A stretch of 64,000 bases of DNA from Chara braunii (Eukaryota > Plantae > Charophyceae), in assembly GCA_003427395.1 (NCBI GenBank), contig BFEA01000032.1, positions 1,106,316-1,170,315 of the forward strand, read 5' to 3'. The position numbers and the translations under genes are program-made. Shown piece after piece: positions 26,190 through 39,545 of the stretch; the stretch's first letter is position 1; each line of letters starts with the position of its first letter. The notes beneath the pieces were generated by a model. It saw only the letters and a list, made by a program, of their open reading frames with translations. It had not been told where the DNA came from and ran no database searches.

Positions 26190-27490
26190 TGAGGCATGAT
26201 CGGAATGATTATGGATGCGACTATTTCTTTTGGATGATGCTGGGGGTTTTCTGCGTCTGGCTTCCTCAGACTCAGTAACCTGAGACGAGACCCAAGGTAA
26301 GGTGAGACTGTCTTTGAAGAACAGGGAGGACAAACTTCTGCCCTTCAACTTTTTGTTACATTCTGCAACAAATTATGCGGGTAGGTCATCGTCAAAGGGA
26401 ATCCGTGCCAAGTCTGGGTTATCTATTTGATCAAACTAATGTCTTGATGCCCACACCACGCCTTCTACTTCCAAAACTCGATAGGCGTATGGCGGGAGGC
26501 GCAAATCCAAAAATGAGACATATAGCCTGTGACATAGTCCCGATGGGTGCTGACGTACTGCTCTTCCCATAGTGACATCGAGGACGAGTCTGCAGGGGAA
26601 ATAACTTTTCAACAGTTGTTTTATACAGTGCAAAATCATTTAATTGTTCGGGGGCAGGTTTGTGGGAAGGTAGTTATACGTAGGCCGCCACCGCCTGAGT
26701 GATAGCACAATACGAGGGCGCTCTTTAAGTCTAACACGCAGATTGTCCGAAAAATCCGTTTCTGCGAAATGCCTGTCTCCTTGGGAATCGACGCCATCTC
26801 TGTCGTGGGCTCTAAACCTGGTTCATTACTCGGATATTGGTTCTATTGCCACAAAGTTTCAGAAGGTGGGAGGATCGATGTGGTTCGGGATTCTCCTTCC
26901 GATAAGTTAAAAGTTGTATTCGACTTCTCCCCTTCTACACCATCCACACAGAGTGTTTCGTTGCTTGGCTGGACACTCCCTCTTAGATTGAGGAACACCA
27001 GTGAGCTTTGCACTTCATCGACACCCCTCTGCCATTCCTGACGAGGGATTTCCTCATTCGATTCCGCTGACCCTTTATTTTTCCTTGTCGGGACTGCACC
27101 TAGATTCCGATGAGCTTTTTGGTTGGTGCTCGGACGGAGTTTTACGCATGCAAGGTTCTGACATAGCTGCTCCTGTCAGATGAAATCTTACATCTGAATC
27201 GCGTGGCTCACTAAAGCGGACGGGTGAGGAACTGCCCATCTTCACTCCTTGGGGTGGAGGTTCGGGTTCATATGCAGGATTAGTGTTCGTGTTGTACGAG
27301 TTCGCTGGAGTAGGTGATGGGACAAGTCCCTGCCCAAAGATTGTCCCGAACTTGTGGAATTTCCCATTGTGAACTCCCATCTGGCCACCAAGCCTATCTG
27401 TCCCCCCGTACAGATACGGGGAGTACGAACGGCCGTACGACCGTACGTACGAGCCCGTTTTGGGGGCCTTCCCGAGGTGGGAAATGGCAT
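26190..27490 (-). pseudogene. Possible decayed LINE ORF1 C-terminal region
   Basis: Low-complexity Ser/Pro/Arg-rich open stretches directly upstream of ORF2 on the same strand. No diagnostic motif seen. Confidence 0.35.
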
Positions 27491-27492
27491 CT

Positions 27493-27526
<34 letters not shown>

Positions 27527-28325
27527 NNNNNNNNNNNNNNNNNNNNNNNNNNNNNNNNNNNNNNNNNNNNNNNNNNNNNNNNNNNNNNNNNNNNNNNNNN
27601 NNNNNNNNNNNNNNNNNNNNNNNNNNNNNNNNNNNNNNNNNNNNNNNNNNNNNNNNNNNNNNNNNNNNNNNNNNNNNNNNNNNNNNNNNNNNNNNNNNNN
27701 NNNNNNNNNNNNNNNNNNNNNNNNNNNNNNNNNNNNNNNNNNNNNNNNNNNNNNNNNNNNNNNNNNNNNNNNNNNNNNNNNNNNNNNNNNNNNNNNNNNN
27801 NNNNNNNNNNNNNNNNNNNNNNNNNNNNNNNNNNNNNNNNNNNNNNNNNNNNNNNNNNNNNNNNNNNNNNNNNNNNNNNNNNNNNNNNNNNNNNNNNNNN
27901 NNNNNNNNNNNNNNNNNNNNNNNNNNNNNNNNNNNNNNNNNNNNNNNNNNNNNNNNNNNNNNNNNNNNNNNNNNNNNNNNNNNNNNNNNNNNNNNNNNNN
28001 NNNNNNNNNNNNNNNNNNNNNNNNNNNNNNNNNNNNNNNNNNNNNNNNNNNNNNNNNNNNNNNNNNNNNNNNNNNNNNNNNNNNNNNNNNNNNNNNNNNN
28101 NNNNNNNNNNNNNNNNNNNNNNNNNNNNNNNNNNNNNNNNNNNNNNNNNNNNNNNNNNNNNNNNNNNNNNNNNNNNNNNNNNNNNNNNNNNNNNNNNNNN
28201 NNNNNNNNNNNNNNNNNNNNNNNNNNNNNNNNNNNNNNNNNNNNNNNNNNNNNNNNNNNNNNNNNNNNNNNNNNNNNNNNNNNNNNNNNNNNNNNNNNNN
28301 NNNNNNNNNNNNNNNNNNNNNNNNN
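27527..28325. other. Assembly gap (N)
   Basis: N run. It hides the junction between the LINE and Gypsy element A. Confidence 0.99.
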
Positions 28326-28389
28326 TTTTTTTTTTTTTTCCTGTTTTCTCTTTTGTTCTGTCTTTCCTTTGTCTTCTGTCTCTTTTCTC

Positions 28390-28611
28390 TTTTCTCTCTC
28401 CGGAGCTGGGATGGCTAGTGGGATTCGAACCGCCAGCCCTTGACGACTGAAGGCGCCATCACCTCAGGCTCGCCGTCGTCTGGCTGCTCTACGCACCTCA
28501 AAGGGGCGTTCTGTCGGAGACGCTCCTTGAGATCTGGTAGAGCGCGGTCCGGCGATGCTCAATATACAGTTTGCTCCTCGTCCGGATGTGGTCCCATAGT
28601 GTCGATTCCAT
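28390..28611 (-). pseudogene. Gag N-terminus of Gypsy element A
   Basis: Minus strand reads DTMGPHPDEEQTVY*ASPDRALPDLKERLRQNAPLRCVEQPDDGEPEVM. This is homologous to DTMGVHVDTGEYQPSPGRTLRELKERIRPNAPLGCAQQPDDREPKVM at 47286. Confidence 0.8.
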
Positions 28612-28659
28612 ATACTTGTTTTCTCTCCTGGTTGAACTTGTAAGCAGCTCAGACCTGAA

Positions 28660-28790
28660 TGCTGGACCGGCAGTCCGGACCTGATGTCAGAACTCAACCC
28701 GGACCCAATGTCAGGTCTGGCAGCACGGACCTAATGCTCGAACTGGCAGCCCGGACCTAATATCAGAACTGGCAGCCCGGACCTATTTCT
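28660..28790. repeat. Tandem repeat of about 26 bp in the element A leader (ggcagcccggacctaatatcagaact)
   Basis: About five degenerate units. Confidence 0.8.
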
Positions 28791-31272
28791 GAACAGTCCC
28801 TTATGTCCTAACAACTACGCTAGGAACTTCTTCAGTTGGGGTGTTGGGCGGGAGGGCCGCAACCCTGATCAGCGGCACCCTGCAGTATGCAAAAACTTAG
28901 TGAGAAGGGCGGGCGGGATGGAGGAACACCTCTAACAACAAACTGTCGTATGACAAAAGGAAGACTCAGAATAGTCAAAATTAGGGATGTGAGAGAAACT
29001 CAATTGACATTGATAGAGAGAACTACAGAAGGGATTAGGAAGGAGGCGCGTTGACATCCTAACTGAGACTTTCCGCAGATCGACCGAGCCCTTGCGGGAA
29101 GTTGCGGATCGGAACCGCACCGAAGTCGTACTAATCTAGACTGATATAAAAAGGAAACGATGTTGAAATCCCGGTTTCGGAATGACCTATATGCCATATA
29201 TTCTAGTTCCGTCGAATATGAGGCGTGGGCTCAACTCGAGGGAGTTTTGTTTACTGCACCCTCGAGTAGGTATCCGAGCAACGGACCCTGTCCCCTAGTA
29301 AAAAACCCAAAATTAAGAGCTGAGCGTACTTACTCTTTGAAGTTTTAAGCCTTTTTTGCAATTTTAAGAGATTTTTAATCGTTTAAATTAATAAAAATTG
29401 CTTATAAACGACAAGAGAACACTACCTCGCGGTGAGCGCATAGGGGGATGCAATGAAAACCCTAGCGAGTCCGAATATTTGATAAATAATTATAAAAAAA
29501 ATAGCTTTAATAACTGGAAATTCCCGTCTCTTACCTCAGGCCTTTGGGAACAAGCCAGTAGGTTCACCCGAACCTAGGTTACCGCAGCGTCTCTTTCCCT
29601 TCTTCCTCTAGGGAATTCTTTTGTATTTTTCAATTATATATTAAAGAAAATATATTTAGTTAGGATAAAATATATTTCTTAGTTTATATATATTAAGGAT
29701 CAATACATATATAAGCCCGCCGAGTTTGGAGATTTTTAAGGGTAGAAATAAAATTTGGGGACTTTACTAAAATTTCGTCAGCGTTTCGCCTCCCCCCGTT
29801 GGGATGGGGTTCGAGCGAAGCCCTCAAACAGCGCTGCCGACGGGGGAGTATCAAAAGGAATAATGGAAAAAAAAAGAAAATTGATTTAACTTAATTTTTT
29901 AATATTTTTGATTATTAATTAGCAAAAATTTAAATTAAAAGGAAAATTTTATAAAATTTCGACAGTAGTTTTCCTTCCCTCCCCCATTAGGACGGGTTCG
30001 GAAAAAAAGTCTCTCAAATAGGTAAAGTAGATGTGAAGTGCATTGAAGTCGAACCCTACGCAATTTTTAATATTTATTTCAATTTTTATCGATTTTAAAA
30101 ATCCAAAGTTAAATAATTCAGCAATTTCCCTCCCCCCGTTGGGATGGGGTTCAGGAGATTTTTCCTTGATTAAGAAAGAGAAAAGAAAAAAAATAAAGTA
30201 AACAAAGTCGAAATCTTGGCCGCTTGAATTTTTACTGATTTTTATTATTTTAATTTAATTTTTAATTATTTAATAAAGCAAAATTTTCCTAATTAATTTC
30301 CGCAATTTTGTGCGATATATTTAACGAAAAATAATATGCAACAAACGCGGAAGCTAGAAGCTATGGCTTCCCTCTATTTACCCGCTTCTCTCAAAATTGG
30401 GGTTAGGACTTTACCCTAATTAGGGTTTCCCGTAATTAGGGTTTGGGGTGTTGCGTGCAACCCCACGCACACCACAAAGCCCCGCTCGCCGCGAGAAAAT
30501 TTTTGTTAGCTTTCACTAGGTTTAGAAGAAAAACTTATCGGATTACATTTTTAAATTTCTTTTTCTTTTAATTTAAACAAAATTACAAAGAAATTCATTT
30601 TTTCCTTGATTTTCTTTCGCCCCTTTCTATCTGTTGGTGCCCGCCGTTTGTCCGAACGAAGTCCGTTTTCCCCGACTAGGGTCTCAAAACGTCGGGGAAA
30701 TTACAAGGAACAACTTTGCTCCCCGCGGTTTTCTCCGGATTTTACTTCCTTTTTCCGTAATTAAATAAAAATAGAAACAATAATTTGTAAGTTAATAAAA
30801 AAAAATAATTTTCTCAAAAGCTAGCCGTCGGAAGTTTTCAAGAAACATCTCGAAACGTTCGCCTCAATCAGAGGACGAACTTTGCCCCCGGGGTGGCTTG
30901 CACGAAAATGCGCAGATCGGGAGATATCGAGGAAAAACGAATTAGAAATTTAAACTAGTGATTTTTTTGAGATTTTTAATTAAAAAAATAAAAAACATTC
31001 TATATCTTTTTTTCTAGCAGTTAGAATTTTTCAAAAAACGTCTCAAAACGTTCGCCTTGACGAGAGGACAAACTTAGCTTCCGGTGTAGTTCGCACGAAA
31101 ACGCGCGGATCAGGAGTTGTCAAAGAAAAACAGATTAAATAAATAAAAGTAATCATCAAAATTCGAACTAATCAAGGAGACACGATCTAATCGGGCTAAT
31201 TAGCGACCAGCTAATCAGCCCTCGCACCCCCGTTGATTGGGGAAGGCCGCGGCCTTGGGGGTGCAGTTCCCC

Positions 31273-31290
31273 TCCCCGGCAACGACGCCA
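31273..31290 (-). promoter_or_regulatory. Primer-binding site (tRNA-Asp type) of element A
   Basis: Minus strand TGGCGTCGTTGCCGGGGA, 4 nt after the LTR end ...cctaaca. It differs by one base from the Athila-type tRNA-Asp PBS TGGCGCCGTTGCCGGGGA. Confidence 0.85.
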
Positions 31291-31574
31291 ATGTTGTTAG
31301 GAAACCTGGGGAGGGGCCCCTATCGCACGCTGAAGCCAAGGGCAACGGCGCCTGTCACTCGCCGCGCCCACTTCCGAGGTCCTCAGCGAGCGGCAAGGTG
31401 TCGGGGTTTGCACTACCTATCTTGCCCCTTTTCATACGCTTCTGAATGAAGGTTTATAAAGCCATCTAATATACGAGAAAAATAAGATAAAATACAGCAA
31501 AAAATACCACTAACCGCAGATCATAAATGTGACCTTTTACCCCTGCAAACAGTTCCAAATAAAACCAAGCAGCA

Positions 31575-32047
31575 GGAGTACCTGATTGAGAATCGCTCCC
31601 GCTAGCAGCGGGAGTACCAGATTGAGCACTTCTCCTGCTTGCAGCGGGATGATTACACTAAAGTATCCCGCTAGCAGTGGAATAATCGCACTGAAGAGGG
31701 TCTTTTCCGCTAGCAACGGGATTACAGATTGTAATGTGGTGATGATTGTTGTTCCCTGCCAACAGCGAGATGATTACACTGAAGTGTATACTGAAGTGTC
31801 CCGCTAGCAGTGGAATAATCATACTGAAGAGGGTCTTTCCCGCTAGCAGCGGGACTACTTGATTGGTTGCTCACTTAAGAACACCGTTCCCGCCAGCAGC
31901 AGGATCACCTGGTTGATCACACTGAAGAATACCGTTCCCGTTAGCAGCGGGATCTCCTGATTGGTCGTGCTGAAGAGTATCGTTCCGCTAGCAGCAGGGT
32001 TGCCAGACTGGTATTTCACTAGCGAGCACCCTTCCCGCTAGCAGCGG
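31575..32047. repeat. Satellite of about 48 bp with palindromic core CCCGCTAGCAGCGGG, left part
   Basis: Degenerate tandem units, continued at 39155-39545 beyond the insertion. Confidence 0.9.
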
Positions 32048-35000
32048 TGTCAAGCGCATCGGTCCGACACCGCACCAGGGTGGCGCGGGACCCTCCCGGC
32101 CGCGTCACGCAGGAGTAGGTTAAAAAAATCCTTCGTCGCAAAATATACATGGAGCTTCCACAAGCCGCTCCGGCCAAGTGCGCCAACCATACCTCTCGCG
32201 AGCCCCTACGACAGGATAGGACCTACGCGAGGCACGACTTACCTACACCTTACGGAAACTGTCACCTCCCTTCGGTGGGCGTATCCCCGCCGAGCTACCA
32301 GTCCACAGTACGAAAGCTAATCAGTTGCAATCGTAGAGGTGGACCAGTCGAGGGCGTTTCTCGTTCGCTGTAGCATAGGGGGTACGCGCGGTAATACGCC
32401 GCTATCGGATCCGCACGCGAACCGACAGTTTGGGGGGCTGAAGTCCCAAGCGCGATTCGACGTATACAACACAAACAACGCGACAACGCTCATAGCCTCT
32501 CGGTAACCAACCCATAACTTTCCGATGCGGAAATCGGATGGGCGTCGCGCGCTGAACTTAATATAAAACCGCGCGGACGCAGGGCTAACTCATATCGACT
32601 CGTAATGCAAGCGTATGCAAGTGGTCGCAATGATGGCGTACTATGTAGTACCCATACTCATGCGGTCCTCGTTAATCTCGAGGGTCGCATTCGACACTCA
32701 AGTGTCGGCTGACACGCACTTTGAGGGTTAATCTCTCGACGCTGGACAACCGCCATGTGCGGTTGAAGACCACACACCCTCTTCTGCACTCTGTGCAGAG
32801 CGGGTGGTACACAGGTCCATACCTGTGGTGGCAGTCGCCTCTTATTGCCCTGGAGATCAGTCCCACTCCGGGCCTGGGCGAAAGTCAAGGGGTTTGACTT
32901 TGACGGATGTCACGGAATACAATGTCCAACCATAAAAATCTCCAAAAAGCAAGGGTAAAAAAGGAATCCCCCTTTTCTCTCAAGACACAATCTGGTGAAC
33001 CCTTATGCACAATCACAGTGGCCTCTCAAACACTCAGGGCACTTATAAATATATAAGGGTTGATTTTATAAGACGATCACTTCTCAAAGTCACAGTGGGG
33101 CTCCTCTCAACCATATATGTATGAAATCGCAGACAACACATCCAGAATCCGATCCACAATCATACCTGCAATCACATCAAAAGTTCAACCAGAAGTCCAC
33201 GCACTACATGGGGTCAACTTCAACCATTCGTTGCACTCATACCCCTTGCCTTAGCCATACAAGCCTCACTCGTGCAACTCTCAAATAAAATACTCAGTAC
33301 TTTTGTTGGATGATCATTCAATAAAGTCGGGGTGAAAACACAACAAAACAGTTCAATCACAAGGCTAAAGCCTTTAGGTTGGGTGGCAGGAGTGATATGA
33401 AGTTAAATCGTAAACCGACGAATCGGCAACCGACCTGTTATCGTTGATAACAGAAAGATGATCCTTGAGGATCAAGCTGAAACTAGCCCAAATTCTGAAT
33501 CAATACGATCAAGAGGACCTGTAACACAAGACAGGTCAATCCCCAGGCTAAACCTATAAGTCCATGGAGAATAATCCCCATATCACGATCTCACTCAAAC
33601 CATCTCAATTAACTAAGTCTGAATTTACCTTTAAGCAGTGCCCAAAGCAAAGGTAAATCCTTGCACAATTTTGTCCATAAAGAGTGGATTGTCAGAATCG
33701 ACACCTGTCAAAATATAAACTATCTTCTTTAAACGAAGCAAATTTCGGCAGTGCTTCCCGTAGGAAAAGTGCCTTCCCAGAATTTATATAAGCTCAAATA
33801 TGAAAGCAGAAGTAATCTCTAACTCAAGAAAATCAAATTTTGTCTAACTCCCTGAATTAGTAAAAATTTGGGCAGCACTCCCTTTAGAAAGGGAGACTTC
33901 CCAGATTTATAATAAGTCAGATATGAACCCAAAAGACAGCTCGAGCTCAACTTTAGACATAATTTAACTAACTCCTTAATTTTGTAGAAATTTCGGCAGC
34001 ACCCTCTCTAGAAAAGTGTTATTCCAAAATTTATACAAGGCTAAGTCCAGAATTTGAAAGTAACTTTGACTTCTCAAAGTCCAATTTTGTTCAACTCCCT
34101 GATTTAATAAAAATTTGGGCAGCACTCCCTTTAGAAAATGAGACTTTCCAGATTCCTACTAAGTCAGATATATGGAAAAGACAAGTTGAACTCTAAAAAG
34201 TCAAAAGGTGACTAACTCCTTGGATTTGTAGAAATTTCGGCAGCGCTTCCTGTAGGAAAAGTAGCTTTTCAAGATTTATACAAAGCCAAGTATATATATA
34301 AAAAAAAGATCTCAGAAAATGCAGGAATTGACCTAACGCCTATTGCTCTAGCACGTGGCGAGCAACCAAAGCAACTACCTATAATACTGAAACTCAAACA
34401 GACTAACCATCTCATCCAATCACATGCAAACCAAACCACAAATGTAAGTACTCTCACCATCCCAAGTTCATTCCATATAGATAGTTCATGAATCTTCAAG
34501 TCCTTGAATCCTTATACCCATCTTACATAAGACATAGAGTTGGACCATTCGCCATGGAAACAATGCCCAACTTGTCTTTATGATATACACGAACAGGTTG
34601 CACAACTACTTCTCTCTTCTTTTTGGGCAGATGACTAGGCCATTTACCATGGAAACAATGCCTGGTCGCCCTGAGCTGTTTAATATCCAAAAATTTAGTA
34701 TTTTTATGACTTTGTTTTTCAAAAAGAAAAGGCAAATATGGGCAGGGGACTGAACCATTTACAGTAGAAACAATGTTCACCTTGCCCAAACTATTTCCAT
34801 TTATACTTTGTATTTTTCCTTTTCTCTTCTTAATGATATGGCTTAACGCTGGACCATTCACAAGAGAAACTATGTCCAGCTGCCAGTTCACATGCAAATA
34901 TAGATAAAGTACTTTCCTTTATACTTAGTTTAGTTCACGTGCGTGGTTTTCGGGCTAAACCATTCATAGTAAAAACAATGCTTATCCTTAGACCAGAAAT

Positions 35001-38000
35001 CCTCCCTCAGAATAAAACAAGAAATTAAACCCCTTCAATCAGGCAAACCCCCCGAGTTAACTAGAGTAAACAGACCATTCACAGTAGAAACAATGCCTGG
35101 TTCTCCGGAAAACAACTAGATAAACATAGCAACCATGTCATTCACAGTAGAAACAATGTCTGGTCCTTTAGAAAACATCCAAATAAACATAGCCCTGAGC
35201 CATTCTTAGAAGAAACAATGTTCAGGCTTTGGTTGACCCTTCCAATTGGATAAAAAACTGTCTTCCTCCCACCTTCCCCCAATTCATACCTTAGTCTGCT
35301 TTCAGTCAAAACAAAAGGGAAACTTAAAGTTTACTTTCACACATTCTTTCCATTCAGTCTGATTGGGTCCTGAAGGGAAAACAAAAACCATAGGGACAAT
35401 CTCATGCATACAGTCATACTACAGAGAGATAAACAAAACATGGGTGGTAGTAGGTTGTACAAATGAAAGTGGTTTACCTGACGATTCCCTGCCTCCTGAA
35501 CTCCTGCTGAGTTCCGGCAGAGCTCCCGCAATCGGTGGGTGGACTCTTCACAGAGTCTTGACGCGGACCTACGGGTTGCAATCCCGCCTGCTGTCTTCCT
35601 CTTGTAACCAAGGACTAGACTGAGACTTAGAAAGGTAGATAGACAAGGGTTTGAGACTCTCAAATCCAAGGATGGTGCTCTCAGACTCACAGGAGAGGGC
35701 CTTGTTATCTTCCAACGCCTGAGGGCCCCGCAATGATGGCAAACGAACAACTTAGATCTGGTCAAGTCAATGCTAGAGTCATCCTCCCGACGACTTCTTA
35801 ATGTTCAACACAAAACACGATCACACTGTCCCGCCGACTTTTATTCTGACGTGCACTGGCCACAAATCAGGCTGTACTTCCGCGGCCAGTCCGTCGCACC
35901 TTGCCCAATATGGTGAGCACAATACTGCTGCATGCAGTAGTCTCAGCAGGCGTCGCCAACTCACACCTTTCGTCACCGCGTACTAGGCCAAGTAATACCA
36001 CTGTCCGGTTGGCGAACACACATCCCTCCTGAGCACCGCAACAGACCAATCAGCAGGCGGAAACGCGGTAGCGGACCACCCATACTCGGTCAGCTAGTGG
36101 AACCTAGCAACTGCGGCCTGACAGTCCCCCCCAGTACTCTTCACAGTGGCTCAACCAAAGAGAAGTCCTCTGCTTTGCCAATTGCCTGTAGGTATTCAGC
36201 ACTAAGAACCGCCATGCACCGCTGACTCTCAGTCTATCCCACAGTAGCAGTCTGAAGGAAGGAAACCTGTCTGATTAAAGAAGGAGACTCACTGCTTTGC
36301 TGCACAACAATTTTGCATATAATAGCATCCCTCCAATTCTCCAATCATGCAATCCCTGCAGTCTGTGGAAAACAACAGCAGCTGCATTGACCTCAGCTTT
36401 GTGATGACCGTTGTTCTCGGTGCCACCAACGCTGCAAACTCCCATCCCTGTTCAGACTTAGCTCCCGGATCCCTGCAAGCGACTCAAACATCCGACCCGA
36501 ACGACCATTATCTCGAAGTACCTGACCCACAATAGCGGTCAGGTTCACTTTGTTTCATAATGCCCGATGGCGGGCACAACTACGCACCTTGTCAGCGATT
36601 CCCTCCAGGTACGTGCTCCGCCAACATAGTGAGTCTCTCTCTCTCTCTCTCTGCCCAAGCTTCAGCCGTCAGCGGAGCGACGCAAGGGTCAACAGGTAAG
36701 TCTCCAGCCTTATGGGTTGCCTCGCATTACCTCTGTCATTAAGATAAGCAAAATCGAATGAACCTTCCACTAACGCCTGGCCATATGCATTCAACCTTTT
36801 CCCGTTTTCACCCCCGTCATTTCCCACACGGCTCTTTCTCTCCTAACCTCCATCTGTACTAACTCTCTTGCCATTCTGGCTGTAGATCCTCTGTTGCCAC
36901 TGGATGAGACCCCAAAGACTTAGTTCGTTTGCTACTCACTCGATCTTCTCAAGGATCGAGCGAATCGACAATCTCTGGTTGCGCCAGCTCTCGTCTTCAC
37001 ACCGCGCAGCCCATGCAGACAGTGCTGACTAGACCGATTCCTAGATTAAGAATCTAACATGTCCAATCACTTTAGATCGGTCTAAAACCCCTATCTGATA
37101 TTTTGTTTCGCCCGATTCCATTACGAATCGAGCGAGATACGTGCTTTTCACTCCCACTCTTCCTTCGTTTTCACCTCCGCCATATCCCGCGCGCAACCTT
37201 TTCTATCTAACTCCTATCCTAACCAACTAATCTCAAAACTAACCACACCATCATACTTACGCCGCCCAAAAACCTCCATTTTGCATCTTATCTCGCTCGA
37301 ATCCACGACGGATCGAGCGAGATTCGAGCATTTCACTCCTACCACCTCTTCCCTCCTTGCCATCTCCGCGTAGTCTGTACTTCGTCCGGCTCTAAATCTA
37401 CTAATTTGTCCCTAAAACTAACCTCACAATCATATTCGCCCTGCTCCTAACCCTCAGATTCAACCTCGCATTCACCCGAATCCCCTTCTATCGGAGGAGG
37501 AACTCCCTTTTTCCTTTTTCCTCCTTCTTCATTCTCGTTCCCGCCATAGCGTCACGCACTACTCTTTCTACTAACCTCCTTCTACACTAACCTACTGTCG
37601 ATTCTGACTTCAGAATCGGGGTCGCGAGGCCCGAGAACCCCCGATTCGAGTCCTACCCCGCCCGTGTTCGTTAAGAAACGAGTGTGATCAGCATTCTCCT
37701 TCCTGCCTCCCCTTCCCCATCACCGTTTCCTTCTCTGCATGCACTTTGCCCGCCCGTCCGTCCAAATTCATTCGCTCTTCGTACTGCCTTCGCTTCACCA
37801 CTCCGCCTCAACACTCCCACTGCGCTATTCTTTCCATCCGCAGCTCTGTAGCGCTGCCCAGCCAGTCGGCCCAAGCTCCGACCATCCCGAGCGAAACCTC
37901 GGAGGGACTCAGCTACTAGACGGTTTGATTAGTCTTTCGCCCCTATAGTCCACCAGACAGTGTGCCTCCCGTCTGCGCCACTGCTCCGCCGCTCGGCCCG

Positions 38001-39154
38001 CTGCTGCGCCACGCTGCATTAGCGTTCGTCGGGCCTCAGTCCGACGCTACCACCTCCCCGTTGCCTTCTCCCCCGAATGCACCCGGCACGGGCCCCGTCC
38101 AGGTTCACTCTGTTCTTCTTCGTAGTCGCCTGTTCGCTACCTGGCCCGCCGGCTGCTGCATAACGCAGCACCACCGACTCCGCCGTCCAGGCTCACCCTG
38201 CCAAACTCTCTACTCATCCCGGTTGCCGGTTTCTTCGGCCTATGGTCCGGGGGCGGCCTGCCACAACCCTTTCTTGCCCCGCTCCGCTCCGACGGTGTCC
38301 ACCACCACCTCGGACCCCCAACAGACAAACTCCCGTTCACTCAGTTGGCCGTGGACCCGCGGCCCGCTGTAAGGCCTATACGTGGGCCTTGGTGAAGCGG
38401 GCCTCGTACGACCTTCGGTGGTAATTCCAATGAGAACTCTGAAGACCGAAGTGGAAGAAAAGCCCTGCGGGCGGACCGCGTGGGGACGGACGGTGCTCCT
38501 TGGCCCACGCACCAAAATAATTAGGATACAGAAATGCCGCCGGCACCCCAAGCGAGCGAGAACCCGCAGGCCAGCCTTAAAAGGCGCGCACTCAAGGTCC
38601 TTGACCGCCGCGACGACCATTAGATCCGGCGTCCCGTCCAAATCAATGCCCCGCCGGGGTATATATATATAAAAAAAAGAAAATACGGCACTTGAATAAA
38701 ACTATTTAGAAAACGCCACCACCGATCGGACGCCGCCACTAGCAAAACCGAGGGGGATAGCCCCGCGACCTTCAACCCCATCGGCTTTCTCCCCGATGCT
38801 CCGCTGCAGCGGCGTCGACGCTAGCCGGCCTCGCACGCGCGCTCTCCTCGGTCAAACGTACCAACCAAGGAAAAATATCCCTTAATCCTGCTTAATAAAA
38901 AATAAACAAACATTGATAATATCGTTGCATAAAACGACCGACGTCTGCGACGACTTTATAATCAACAACAAAAGGATTCACGCACGCCTTAAACCTGAGC
39001 GCCCACGCACCCTTTACTCTAGTCTACCATCCAGTCAACGTAATCACAGACACAGCCGCGCCTAGCGCGGTATACTTAAACTTTAAACCAAAATTATTTT
39101 CTGTCGCCTGCAAAAACCAGGGCGGATACCCTTATAAGGGTATTCGCGCTGACA
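32048..39154. mobile_element. Giant non-coding TG...CA element (solo-LTR-like), copy 2, 7107 bp
   Basis: Starts tgtcaagcgcatcggtccg and ends gatacccttataagggtattcgcgctgaca. Perfect 4-bp TSD gcgg (32044-32047 and 39155-39158). Removal restores the satellite unit ctagcagcgggatcacc. Confidence 0.9.
34538..35228 (+). repeat. Spaced stem-loop array, conserved core CATTCACAGTAGAAACAATG
   Basis: Eight copies at about 34546, 34641, 34756, 34855, 34961, 35076, 35139 and 35201. Each has a different outer stem and unique spacers. Confidence 0.9.
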
Positions 39155-39545
39155 GCGGGATCACCTGATTGGTCACTCGGAAGAGTACCGTTCCCGCTAG
39201 CAGCGCTAGCAGCGGGATTGCTGATTGGTAATTTGCTGGCGAACACTGTTCCCCCTAGTAGTGGGACCACCTGATTGATAGAACTGAAGGGCACTGTTCC
39301 CGCTAGCAGTGGGACCACCTGATTGATAGCACTAAAGGGTACTGTTTCCGCTAGCAGCGGGATCGCCTGATTGATCACGATGAAGGGTATTGTTCCCGCT
39401 AGCAGTGGGACCACCTGATTGATAGCACTGAAGGGTACTCTTCTTGCTAGCAGCGAGATCTCCTGATTGATCACGATGAAGAGTACCGTTCCCGTTAGCA
39501 ATGGGGTTGACAAATTTGTAACTCGCTGATAAGCATCGTTCCCGC
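39155..39545. repeat. 48-bp satellite, right part
   Basis: Period 48 (ctgttcc at 39246 and 39294). Confidence 0.92.

Noticed and set aside
28408-28438. tRNA B-box-like ggttcgaatcc on the minus strand
   Set aside because: It lies within the gag reading frame, with no A-box or cloverleaf.
27314-28450. Long ORFs of 327-378 aa
   Set aside because: Artefacts of the N gap.
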